A model generated the notes under the pieces. The model searched no databases. It was not told the origin of the DNA and saw only the letters and a list, made by a program, of their open reading frames with translations. The position numbers and the translations under genes are program-made. From an uncultured delta proteobacterium (GTDB lineage: Bacteria; Desulfobacterota; Desulfomonilia; UBA1062): a DNA stretch of 64,000 nt. Below are positions 44,403-54,965 of this stretch, piece by piece. Where the stretch lies: NCBI GenBank assembly GCA_963752595.1, contig CAVVYZ010000020.1, positions 160,334 to 224,333 of the forward strand, written 5' to 3'. Positions within the stretch are counted from its first letter, which is position 1; each line of letters starts with the position of its first letter.

Positions 44403-45282
44403 CTAATTGAGATCCATAAGGCTTTTGAACTGGTCCGTCGCTATGGCCCTCCTGATCCAGGAGACCATATCCGGGGGTTCCGCAAAAGGCAGTTCGCGAT
44501 AGAGCCCCACAACCTCGCGGTCATAGAGCTCGCGAAATTCCCTGGTACGCCCCTCCACGATTTTGGCAATACTCTGAATGAAGCCGGCCTCCGGCCGTTG
44601 TCGTGTTTGATAAGGCGGCGCTTCTGCATGGGTTCGATCCACCGGCTGCACCGCAAGGATTCTTTCGTCCACGAGGCTGCATTTTCTGGTGAAAAAATTC
44701 GACAGCTTGTTCCGCGAACTCGAAAGGATCTTCCGGAAATTATCCCTGGACCGTCTCGAGGATTTCACTTCCCATCGCGTCGTTCACCCCGAAGATGGCG
44801 CCCAGGATGAAGACTAGACGCTGACGGTTGTCCAGGCAGAGGAGCATGCCCGCCAGGCAGGTGTTCCTCGCCTCTCTGGTCAGGGCCTTGTTCTCGGGCT
44901 CGCATCCGCCTTCTCGTCCGCGATGCTCCCGATGTATCCGTGGTATTCGTCGCCTGTGACAAGGAAGAGAAAACCTCTTCCTTCCTGGTACGCCTCTGCG
45001 ACAAGTACGTGGTTGGCGACGATCCGGTAGAGCCATGTCCTGAATGCCGCCTTTCTTCTGTCATAGGTCGCCAGCGAGGTGATCATCTTTATCAGTATCT
45101 CCTGCGTGATGTCTTCAGCCTCGACAGCATCGCAGGTCATGCCCAGAGCAATGTTGTAGATCCAGGCCTGGTGCCTGAGTATCAGGTTTTCAAGCTCCGC
45201 GCCTCCGCCCGGCCAGTGCCTTGTCGATCAGGTCCTGATCCGGCTGGTTCACGTCGTGCTTCTCAATGAAAGGGTTGTACAT
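44403..45282 (-). CDS. ECF sigma factor with Cys-containing C-terminal extension, several frameshifts
   Basis: AEDITQEILIK, FRTWLYRIVANH, LSSSRNKL, KCSLVDE..CSRW. Confidence 0.8.
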
Positions 45283-45429
45283 ACATCCTCCCCTGTATCC
45301 GGCTCTATTGTACCACGCGATTGTTTTTTCCTTTTTTATAAGCGTCTTCTTCAATTTTCCCTTCTCTGCCCTTATACGCATTCCGTACTAAAATGTGACA
45401 CTATTTAGGGGGAAAATAATATTCATGTT

Positions 45430-45678
45430 TTGAGCCGCGAAAGATATGCAGCCCAGGGTGCCGACGCTGTTCACGTTGTGGAAGGCAACACGGACAGGTG
45501 CGCCGGCGCGAGTGCCTGTCTGGCCCTGCGTGGTCCGAGAACCCGGCATGTACGTACGCTCCTTGCACGGGAACCGGGAGATCTCCAGCTTGACCACAGA
45601 TATTATGTGGCCCGCATCGGGAAGGTGAGGAGCCGTAGCCGATGATGCACGAGTTGGAGAAGTCTGACTCCTTCATAT
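45430..45678 (+). mobile_element. Group II intron domain I fragment (no RT ORF, no domain V/VI seen)
   Basis: TGAGCCGCGAAAG, GCCGACGCTGT..GGAAGGCAACAC, GGGAACCGGGAGATCTC, CGCATCGGGAAGG..AGCCGTAGCCGATGATGCACG..AAGTCTGACTCC recalled from bacterial group II intron 5' regions. Confidence 0.8.
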
Positions 45679-45758
45679 GTCTATCAGGCAACCCGCACTT
45701 GACCGAACTGACCTTAGCGATTAGCCTTAATTATCAAAAAATTCAACTGGAGGTAGAG

Positions 45759-45878
45759 ATGAAAAGGCTTTTCGTGCGAGTTATAGTCCTCGGCATCCTG
45801 GCCGGCGTTGGATACCTTGTTTGTAAGAAGTTTTGCAATAAGGACAATTGTGGTTGCGGTTGCAAAAAAGAGGCTTAA
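45759..45878 (+). CDS. Small membrane protein with Cys-rich tail
   Basis: GGAGG RBS; MKRLFVRVIVLGILAGVGYLVCKKFCNKDNCGCGCKKEA. Confidence 0.65.
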   Translation: MKRLFVRVIVLGILAGVGYLVCKKFCNKDNCGCGCKKEA

Positions 45879-45880
45879 CT

Positions 45881-46063
45881 ATGGCTATGAAAGTTGAGAT
45901 AAAAGACAACAAGCTGTTCATCGAGATTGACCTGGAAACACCAACACCATCATCCTCCGGTAAAACCCTGGTGGTTGCCAGCACACGAGGGAACGTGGTT
46001 ACCACTGCTCAAGTTGATGGTAAGACTGTTACTATTGGGCTGAATGCCTATATTAAACCCTAA
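45881..46063 (+). CDS. Small beta-rich hypothetical protein
   Basis: 60 aa, PSSSGKTLVVASTRGN..TIGLNAY; 2 nt after the upstream stop. Confidence 0.75.
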   Translation: MAMKVEIKDNKLFIEIDLETPTPSSSGKTLVVASTRGNVVTTAQVDGKTVTIGLNAYIKP

Positions 46064-46305
46064 ACAAGAAAACTGGTGGTCAATAGTAGGGCTCATTCCG
46101 AGCTGGTTTTGAAATAAAGTACTTCGTATTAAAATTGAAAGGCTTACCTTGTTTCTAATTTCAATCGCCTCTTCCATCTTTTCTTATCATCCTTATTTTG
46201 TATGCATACATGCTCAACAAGGAAAAAACATAAACATTTCAAGATCCGGAAACGGATTTAAAAAACTCGTCATATGGAGAGAATAGAACAGGAGGTAAAG
46301 GGGTA

Positions 46306-46842
46306 ATGGCTGCAAAATTTAGAATTGGCGACAATGCTCTTGATTTTCAATTTGAGACACCTTGGGAGGGAGGAAAAAGCTTCTTCCAATCTGCAGAAGG
46401 TGAACCGGCGGTTCTGGTCTTTCTACGCTATCTCGGGTGCCCGATCTGCCAAATCGATATGGCTAATCTGAAGCACGAGATAAACCTCATAGAACAAAAA
46501 GGGGCAGTGCTTTTTGTTATTCTGCAAAGCTCCCCTGCCACTGTGGCTACCGCTACAAAGAAAGAAGACTGGCCATTCACCATCATATGTGATCCAAGGG
46601 GCGATCTTTATCAGCTTTATCATGTGGAATACGGCAGTATCCTCAAATACATGCACCCTGCAGGTCTGATTACGGCTGTTAGAGCAACTCTACAAGGCTA
46701 TAAGCACGGTAAATTTGAAGGACATGAGACACAGCTTCCAGCTGTATTTATTGTAGCGCCTGACAAAACCATTAAGTTCGCTCATTATGGAGAACACATA
46801 AGCGACATTCCCTCGACAGCTACAATGGCAGCGAATATATAA
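46306..46842 (+). CDS. AhpC/TSA peroxiredoxin-like family protein
   Basis: FLRYLGCPIC, ICDP, QLPAVFIV; GGAGGT RBS. Confidence 0.85.
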   Translation: MAAKFRIGDNALDFQFETPWEGGKSFFQSAEGEPAVLVFLRYLGCPICQIDMANLKHEINLIEQKGAVLFVILQSSPATVATATKKEDWPFTIICDPRGDLYQLYHVEYGSILKYMHPAGLITAVRATLQGYKHGKFEGHETQLPAVFIVAPDKTIKFAHYGEHISDIPSTATMAANI

Positions 46843-47061
46843 TCAGAACTCTTCATACTGGATAATGTCTATTGATTTGTGATTTTTGTATGCCCCTTAT
46901 ATTGAGATTGGTCCCAGATATCAATACACATCGTGTTCATGGGAATATCTTTCCAGAGTCACTCAGATAGGCAGAGTTGAGATTCATAAGATAAAAGAAT
47001 AAATTATATCAGAATCCAGCACTATATGCACAGGCTTTAAGCTTACAGGGATTCCGTTACA

Positions 47062-47172
47062 ATGTCTGCGATAGATGAGAGCTTTTTTGAGCCTGAGAAA
47101 GTTATGATTTTCAAAGGATACCCAAAAGAGCTTCCAGTCTCATCTTGGGATCGAGATCCTCAAGGTATGTAA
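47062..47172 (+). CDS. Putative 36-aa peptide
   Basis: MSAIDESFFEPEKVMIFKGYPKELPVSSWDRDPQGM; paralogous to the MITE-split copy at 47922-48150. Confidence 0.45.
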   Translation: MSAIDESFFEPEKVMIFKGYPKELPVSSWDRDPQGM

Positions 47173-47641
47173 ACTTTCTGAGGGGCTGATATTTTAATAA
47201 TAACGTGATAGTTATACTCTGAGCTTTGCTCCAGTAAAATATAGGTCTCAGGAAAAGATCATTGGTTTCCGGTAATACTCAAACACACGAAGTTATCTTC
47301 AATAATTGCAAACCGACAATCGTGCCAAGAGATCTATAGATGAGCTGAACCTCTATGGCCGATGCATTAAAGGATTTCAAACATTAACCGCTTCCGTCCT
47401 TCAAATCAGATAAAGCTTACAAAATCTCACATATAATAAACCAGTTGCCCCTTTTATTACATTACTGATGTGTTGCTTTGGCAACAATCAATGCTGCTTG
47501 TCCAATTTTGTTAGCACACTTACAATTTTTGCCAACTTCCAGGTTTGTCAGATACACAACATTTAGATATCATTAGATTATTAAAACTGGCATGATCATT
47601 GTAAATAATAAATAGCGTTCATCTATGAATATGGGGGAATT

Positions 47642-47860
47642 ATGAATACTGAAGAACATCGAGTCGATCATGGCAATATCGAGCATGTAAGATCAAGAAT
47701 CTCCAATTTGTTTACCCAGTGCCTTTATGACATAGAGAATACAGTATCAGTAGCTGGCCTTACAATGAAAGATGTGGGCGTCGATGTGGAAAAGTATGTT
47801 TTATGTAGTGATACATGTGTTGTTGAATTGAAGTTGCAACTGGAACATCAGATGCCATAA
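47642..47860 (+). CDS. Hypothetical protein
   Basis: 72 aa; GGGGGA RBS; near-sigma54 motif TGGCATG-ATCA-TTGTA at 47588-47603. Confidence 0.55.
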   Translation: MNTEEHRVDHGNIEHVRSRISNLFTQCLYDIENTVSVAGLTMKDVGVDVEKYVLCSDTCVVELKLQLEHQMP

Positions 47861-47966
47861 TCGATCCATAGATAATTAGCACCTTCGTCTAAAAATATCA
47901 GTCAAAGAGGAGATATCTGCGATGAATGAGAGCTACCTTGAGCCCAGGAAAGTTATGATCTTCAAG

Positions 47967-48114
47967 GAAGCTGTTGAAAAACTCAAAGGATGAATAGTGA
48001 TAAAAAAATCAACCTCTCAGAATGCCCGACGTTGGAAACTTTTTAATCGGGGCTTGTGTTTTGATGGTCTAAATTTAGTATTTTTAGGCCTTGCCAGACT
48101 TTTTCGACACCCTC
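47967..48114. mobile_element. 148-bp MITE, copy 2, with AAG target duplication
   Basis: GAAGCTGTTGAAAAACT ... ACTTTTTCGACACCCTC; AAG on both flanks. Confidence 0.85.
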
Positions 48115-48229
48115 AAGGGAGATCTAATAGAGCTTCCAGTCTCATCCCAAAAAAGTATTCATAGATGCTTTTACTCATTTAATAACCCAGAAAGATTAAA
48201 TCCATGGTGTATCCTTGGATATCTCCAGC

Positions 48230-48898
48230 CTAACCCTTGATCCTCACAATCTCGTTCACGGGCCTGCGGGTACTTCTGAATGCGTTCTGCGGGCTGGTAG
48301 TATCGATATGGCCAATGGCTATGCCGATGCACACGGCCAGACTCTCCGGGATACCGAGCTCCTGGCGGACCAAATCGGGATACGATGCCAGCTGGACTGC
48401 CACCGCAGTGCCCAGCCCGTACTCACAGGCGATGAGCATGATGCTCTGCGATATTGAACCCAGGTCGAACAGGGACCATGGTGTCAGAGTGCGGTCCATA
48501 CAGAGGAAGATGACTGAAGTGGCATCGAAAAAGGAAAAGTTGCGCGCCATGAGGGAGTGCATGTCCTTCTGGTCGTCACGGTCAAGCCCCAGGAAATCGG
48601 AGCGGTCATTCCTCAATTTCTCGTATCGTTCCTTGAGAGCCGGAGGCCAATCCTTCGGAAGCGGCCTGGTGATGTCCGGGTTTACGGGCACATCTTGAGC
48701 AAACCTCTCATAATAGCCTTCCCGCAGCCTGTCAGCTGACTTGCCGCCGGCCACGAATATCTCCCAGGGCTGCGTGTTCCCCCAAGAAGGGGCCTTAAGC
48801 GCAGCCTCCATGATCGTGAGGATCGTATCTTCGTCCACTGGCTCAGAGGTAAAAGCACGGCATGTAAAGCGCGATTTCATGGCATCGATTACGTTCAT
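48230..48898 (-). CDS. Nitroreductase family protein
   Basis: SRFTCRAF, APSWGNTQPW, GIAIGH. Confidence 0.92.
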   Translation of the reverse strand: MNVIDAMKSRFTCRAFTSEPVDEDTILTIMEAALKAPSWGNTQPWEIFVAGGKSADRLREGYYERFAQDVPVNPDITRPLPKDWPPALKERYEKLRNDRSDFLGLDRDDQKDMHSLMARNFSFFDATSVIFLCMDRTLTPWSLFDLGSISQSIMLIACEYGLGTAVAVQLASYPDLVRQELGIPESLAVCIGIAIGHIDTTSPQNAFRSTRRPVNEIVRIKG

Positions 48899-48954
48899 AT
48901 ATCCCCCATGGTTTTTTCATTTATTATAATGGGATAAAAAATAAAATCAGCTGT

Positions 48955-49133
48955 AACCTGCGATAAGAACATGCCACTCGGACAAATAGAAAGTGCGAAA
49001 ATATTTTACGTTATCACAAAAGGATTTCCGGCAGGTGTCGGAGGCCTTGAGAAAGAAGGCATACAAGGGATTGACGGATGAGGAGATGGAGACCGTCATG
49101 AGACTGCTTACCAGGATCCATGACAACCTGTAA
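48955..49133 (+). pseudogene. C-terminal fragment of a MarR-family regulator
   Basis: SDK*KV..AYKGLTDEEMETVMRLLTRIHDNL*; divergent from the nitroreductase. Confidence 0.5.
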
Positions 49134-49319
49134 AAAAATTCGGACAAATAATTCTTATCATTTCGGTGGGGTGGGTATTTCTGCATTCCGCTGTCTGGGG
49201 CAGTGCAAATCAGTTTGAGAGAACTACTGCAAAGAACATTACAAAAAATAATGTTCTAAACAATTGAAACAATGGTATGAACACAGTAACTAATAACTTT
49301 CAGGAGAGAAATACTGAAA

Positions 49320-51000
49320 ATGACTTGGAATGTTATTGGTCTTGTGGAAAGCAGACGAGTCATTCTTATTGCTATCCCATTTATCCTGTATACAGCACTC
49401 CTTTCCTAGACGCCTCTCGTCAAACCAGATGAGGGCAGATACAGCTCGATCCCGAGCGAAATGAATGCGCGCGGCGATTACATCATTCCGCATCTGAAGG
49501 GCGTGGTGTACTTCGAGAAGCCGCCGCTATGCTACCGGGTGACAGCAGCAGCCTTCAAAATATTTGGGGAAAACGAATTTTCATCCCGGATATTCTCAGG
49601 CTTGTGCGCGTGGGGATGCGTCTTGCTTGCCTACAGGATGGGTTTGTTTTTCCATGACAGGAGGACAGGCTTATTTGCTGCTGCTCTGTTATCCACATTT
49701 CTGCTCCCTTTCAGCATCGGCCGTGCGAACATCCTTGATATGCCGCTTACGTTTTTCTTGTCGCTCTCCCTTTGGTCAGGCTTCCGATATTTTGCAGGTT
49801 CCTGCGGGAAGAGAAAATGGCTACTTCTCTTCAACCTTTTCTGCGGCTTGGCTTTCCTCACCAAGGGTCTGATCGGGATAGTACTTCCCTATGGGACCGT
49901 CATACTCTGGCTTGTAGTCCAGCGGAGATGGATTGAGGCAATGAGGCTCTTTTCCCTGCCCGGCATACTTACCCTGCTCGCTGTTGCAAGCCCCTGGATC
50001 ATCCTTGCTCATAAGGCCGATAAGGATTTTCTTTGGTTTTTCTTTGTTCGAGAGCATTTCTTGCGATATTCCACCACATGCACCACCGGTATCAACCTTT
50101 CTGGTTCTTTATTCCCGTGGCTATCGCGGGCATGATGCCCTGGGTGGCATTTCTGCCCAGAACAATTATGAGTCTCAGGTCATGGACCAGGATATCTTCA
50201 ACCTTTGGAAATGATGAAAAGGTGTTTCTCGGATTGTGGATCGGGATCATATTACTCTTCTTCTCAGTGTCATGTTCAAGCTTGTCCCTTACATCATCCC
50301 GATTTTCCCTCCATCTGCTGTCCTTATGGGGCATCTGTTCAGGCTCTTTGATGATTCGTCGGGCATAAGGCAGCCATATAAAGGCAAAGTTACCGGTATG
50401 TTCCCTGTAATCCAATCTCTGCTTTTTATTATTGTGCTCATCGTTCCTGCTTTCTTGGAACCGGCAATGATGACCATGGAATGGCTTTGGTTTATTATTC
50501 TTCCCCTTACGGTAATAGCCCTTCTGCCGTTTCTGCCTGATATAGCTGTAGGGAAAAATGGCCGGGGATGGTTCTCGACTGCCTATTCCCTGATCGTTGT
50601 CTTTCTTGTAGCGCTTGTCTTTGCCTCTGGTTATCTTATCAGACAGATGAGTTCTGCGGCTTCCATTTCCCGGGCAATGTATGAATTCGTACCCGGAAGA
50701 GATCGGGTATATCAGTACGGGACATGCCTCTATGGGGTTGATTTTTATACCAAGAAGCGCACGCCTGTTGTGGATGACCTTGGAGAACCGGACTTCGGGG
50801 TTTCCAAGCTTCCGCCTGCCGAAAGGGCACAGTTCTTTCCCGAATCAAAGGAATTTATCAACCTTGCAAAGACTGAAGATGGTGTCTATTGCATCACGAA
50901 TAAACCTAAGAGGATAGATGTCTTAAAGTCACAAGTATCTCTTATTCATATTCTCTGGACAAATGGAAACTACTTCCTCCTGCACATCGGAGGGTCATGA
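49320..51000 (+). pseudogene. ArnT/GT39-family glycosyltransferase with in-frame TAG and frameshifts
   Basis: PDEGRY..EM, YFEKPPL, LTKG, YIIPIFPP; TAG at 49407-49409. Confidence 0.8.
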
Positions 51001-52380
51001 TCATCTGCTGCTTAAAATCGTTACCTTTGGAAAAGCCGCCCTGATCCGGAAATGATCCTTTGATTCATAGATACTGGTATCCATTCTCTTGTTGCAACTC
51101 ACAAGGTAGACAGTTTTCTCCTCGGCCATCTTATGAAGATCTGATGAGGTGATGAAAACCGAATGATCATGGGATACTTTTTCTCCGTAAAGGAGATCAT
51201 CACTCCGGCTGTCGACTATCGGCAGCTTCCGTGCAAGATAGAATTGCAACGACGACATATCTTCATAGTCGGCGTAGAGCACGACAGATCCGTCGGGATG
51301 CGAAAGTATCCACTGCGCCGCCTGGCGCTGAGATATATGGTCATCAAAAGAAGGCAGGATATCGGCTGCAATAAAAAGAGGCGCACAGCCGAGGGCAGCG
51401 CCCATCGCGATTACTGTCGAATATCTGCCTTTGAACGCTGATAGCAGGGCGTATGATGTGCCCGCCGACATCAAGAACCCTGCCGGAAGCATGATAACAC
51501 CATGCCCTTGTATCAGTCGCAGCATATGCGGCCTTTTCATCAGCACTATCGTTACAGCCAGTACAAGGATGATATTCATAACCGACATGATGGAAGCAGC
51601 GATTACAAAAGGACGCTTTTCAGCCCCGGCCATGAGCTTATCCATGGACAGCGCGAGGAGTATGGCAATGGCCGGGATGCCGGTGATCATATAGTAGTTC
51701 GCTTTTGCCTGCGAAGCAGAGAAAAAAATAAGCATGGAAAGAAACCATACCCACAGGAATGCCCGCAGGGGATTGAATTCACGCGTGCGGCTGAAAACGA
51801 ACAGGGGCAGGAAGGCCGTCCATACCCAAAGATATAGCGGCATCCGCATAATGTAATAATAGAACGGGCCGGTATAGTAATCCTTCGGAATGCGCTGATC
51901 GAAAAACCGTATAACAGTCTCATTGACAAAATACCACCAGGTAAACCCCGGATCGCTCATCATCATCATGATTATATGCCAGGGAAGGATGATAACGAGA
52001 AAGGAGGTGATGCCTGTCAGGGAAAAGATTCGTATCGCTTCACGCAATGGAACCCGCAAAATAAATATCGAGGCAATGCCGATGATCCCGGCAAGGGCAA
52101 ATGCCATTATGCCCTTTGACAGGACAGCCCATTCATGTTTTCCGAAAATAAACATGCTTGTCGCTGTTGACCAGTAGAGCAGCGGTGGCCTTTCAACATA
52201 AGGGACATAATTCAGGTGTGGCATAGCCCAGTTGCCCGACTCGATCATCTCCTGTGCAATCTCGGCATAGAGCCCTTCATTGTTGTCGAGAATCCCGTAT
52301 TTCCCCACGGCGATCATGCTCGCCAGTGCGATGAGAACATAGAGAATAATCCACTGGTAACGGGGTGTTGGCAATAACAT
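51001..52380 (-). CDS. ArnT/GT39-family glycosyltransferase with apparent in-frame internal deletion
   Basis: NEGLYAEIAQEM, YVERPPLLYW, FGKHEWAV joined directly to LSKG. Confidence 0.8.
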   Translation of the reverse strand: MLLPTPRYQWIILYVLIALASMIAVGKYGILDNNEGLYAEIAQEMIESGNWAMPHLNYVPYVERPPLLYWSTATSMFIFGKHEWAVLSKGIMAFALAGIIGIASIFILRVPLREAIRIFSLTGITSFLVIILPWHIIMMMMSDPGFTWWYFVNETVIRFFDQRIPKDYYTGPFYYYIMRMPLYLWVWTAFLPLFVFSRTREFNPLRAFLWVWFLSMLIFFSASQAKANYYMITGIPAIAILLALSMDKLMAGAEKRPFVIAASIMSVMNIILVLAVTIVLMKRPHMLRLIQGHGVIMLPAGFLMSAGTSYALLSAFKGRYSTVIAMGAALGCAPLFIAADILPSFDDHISQRQAAQWILSHPDGSVVLYADYEDMSSLQFYLARKLPIVDSRSDDLLYGEKVSHDHSVFITSSDLHKMAEEKTVYLVSCNKRMDTSIYESKDHFRIRAAFPKVTILSSR

Positions 52381-52486
52381 ATGACATCCAAGCCTCAAGA
52401 TGACGTTACAATTCCGCGAGACGCGGAGCTCCGGCGGCATTCGGATCTTCCTCTCAAGATAAATGCATTCCAATTCCTGTCATCTA

Positions 52487-54009
52487 TTACGTGCTGCCAA
52501 GCTTCACCCGGCATATCTTCGTATGCAATGACGATCCCCCCCCGGTACGTGATGCCCAGGCCTTTGCCTGGTTGATATTGTTCAAGATTAAATATGGTTT
52601 ATTCAGGTAAAACAGTGTCTTTGCGTCATTATTAGAGAGAAATCCAACAGGCCTGTTCATGGCATTGATCGTTGACATACGAGCACGGACATTCCCCGGC
52701 TGGTCGGCTGACCATGGGAGAACAACAAAGATATAAATGAGCCATGCTGCCGCCACAGGGATGATCATACCCGGGTAATAACGCATGAAAAAATCAGAAT
52801 CATGCTGACGGCAGCGATGACGAGCACGATAGACCAGGGAAAGAAGGCATGGATACCTTCGGGTAAGCCATGAGGCTCGATGAGGAAAATTATAAATGGT
52901 ACACTGAAGATCAAGCTCACCAGGATGCCGACGATCATGATTGCAATACCGATCCCGTAGGGAAGCCTGTGCTGGATATATCCGGAGATGAGTTCTCCGA
53001 TTAGGATGGAGGCAAAGGGAAGTATAGGAAGGAGATAATATGGGCGTCTTGATCCGGAAAGGGTAAAGAACAGGAATATGGCAGTAAAGATGAGAAGGGT
53101 ATCCCTGACTTCGGGTTCTCTGTATCTGCCGCTTGTGAAGTAATAAATGAGGGCCGGCGGCAGCAGGAGCGACCAGGGGGCTCCCAAGTCGAAAATACGA
53201 TAGAAATATAGGTAGATGGGTCCCTTATGGTCGAAAGGAACAAAGAAGCGTACAACGTTCTCATTCCATGCCAGATGAAGCGGATCCCAGGATGATGAGA
53301 GCAGGCAGCCTGCTGCCGGGAAAACGAGAAAAACAGTTCCTGAAAGAAGTGCCGCAGTCAGAATGGTCCTCATGCCCGGCATCCACTCCCAGTCCCAATT
53401 CGCAAAAGACATGATCAAGATGCAGAAGACCGGAACCCCTACGGCTGTCAGCCCTTTCATATTGGCGCCTAGCCCCATCAGAATTGCCGGCACATATATC
53501 CAGCCACTGCCGTTGGATGATTTGTGCGTAAGAAAATACCAGATGATGAGCATGGTCATAGCAGCATTTGCCATTTCAACCTGGGCGTTCCTGCCCCAGA
53601 AGACAAAGCCGAGCGTTGTGGCAAAAACCGTGGTTGTGATCAGGGCACTGGCTTTGCCGAATCATCTCCCGGCAAGGTTGTAGGTGAGAGAGAGCCATAC
53701 GATTGCCCACAAGGCGGACGGCAGACGGGCCGTCAGTTCGCTCACACCACCCAGAATATAGGCAACCGGAAGGATCTGCCAATAGGAAATAAGCGGTTTA
53801 TCCCAGTAGGGAGTGCTGCTCAGCATGGGAGAAAAGATATTCCCTGTCTGGTACATATAACGTGCGATGACTGCCCATCTTCCTTCCGATCCCCAGAGGG
53901 GGTTTAGACCCAGATTTCCGAGGAGGATGACCGAAGCGCTGATAATGATCAGAAAAAGATATCCGTAGCGAGCAAGGATCCGGGCAGAAAAAGCGCGAGG
54001 TTGGTGCAT
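52487..54009 (-). CDS. ArnT/GT39-family glycosyltransferase, frameshifted
   Basis: SEGRWAVIARYM, YWDKPL, ARLPSA, MKG, YYLLPILP. Confidence 0.8.
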
Positions 54010-54243
54010 ATATACCCCTTAAACATCATCTCATCGAAGTGAAAATGTTTCAGTGCGTTAAAATATAACGAGTAGGAACAACATGATTTTTCTCAAGAGG
54101 CATGGGTATATATGATAGATATTTTTGTTGCCGGCTCTGTCGGTAGAACCCCCTTTGACTACTTTCCATCTATGTGCCAATCCGGCTGTCCACGCACTTA
54201 CCCGGTATTTGCATAATGCCTGAAGAAATATTAAAGGAATACT

Positions 54244-54961
54244 ATGGGTAACCAGGACGACATCGTTTTTCAGGTCAGGGGACTGACAAAGGTCTACCGG
54301 ATGGGTGAAGTGGAGGTGCATGCCTTACGGGGTGTGGACATGGAGCTCTATCCCGGTGAGCTGGTCGTACTGCTCGGGCCTTCGGGGAGCGGGAAATCCA
54401 CGCTGCTTAACATCCTGGGAGGGCTGGATACGGCATCGGACGGTCATGTCTCCTATCGCGGCAAGGACCTGACCCGGGCAAACGAGAAGGAGCTGACCGA
54501 ATACCGGCGCTACCACGTGGGGTTCGTGTTCCAGTTCTACAACCTGATCCCCAGCCTGACAGCCCTGGAGAATGTCGCGATCGTGACCGAGATCGCGGAG
54601 AAACCCATGGACCCCAAGGAGGCACTCGACGCTCGTGGGGCTTTCGGAGAGGCTCGACCATTTCCCCTCCCAGCTCTCGGGAGGAGAGCAGCAGCGCGTG
54701 GCCATTGCCAGGGCCATTTCCAAGAACCCGTCCGTACTCCTCTGCGACGAGCCGACCGGAGCATTGGACTCAGAGACCGGCATCATGGTGCTCGAAGCCC
54801 TGGACAACGCCAACCGCACCCTGGGAACTACCACGGCCATCATCACCCACAACGCGGACATCGCGGCCATGGCGGACCGTGTCATACACTTAAGCAACGG
54901 CCATATCACCGAGGTCTCGCGGAACACGGTGAAAAAATCCCCGGGGGAGATCAGCTGGTGA
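54244..54961 (+). CDS. ABC transporter ATP-binding protein (LolD/MacB type), frameshift near 54630
   Basis: [38 protein letters not shown]. Confidence 0.92.
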
Positions 54962-54965
54962 CGCC

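Noticed and set aside
49407-49409. Pyrrolysine readthrough of the in-frame TAG in the ArnT-like gene
   Set aside because: No pyl genes in the window, non-catalytic position, and neighbouring decay favours a nonsense mutation.
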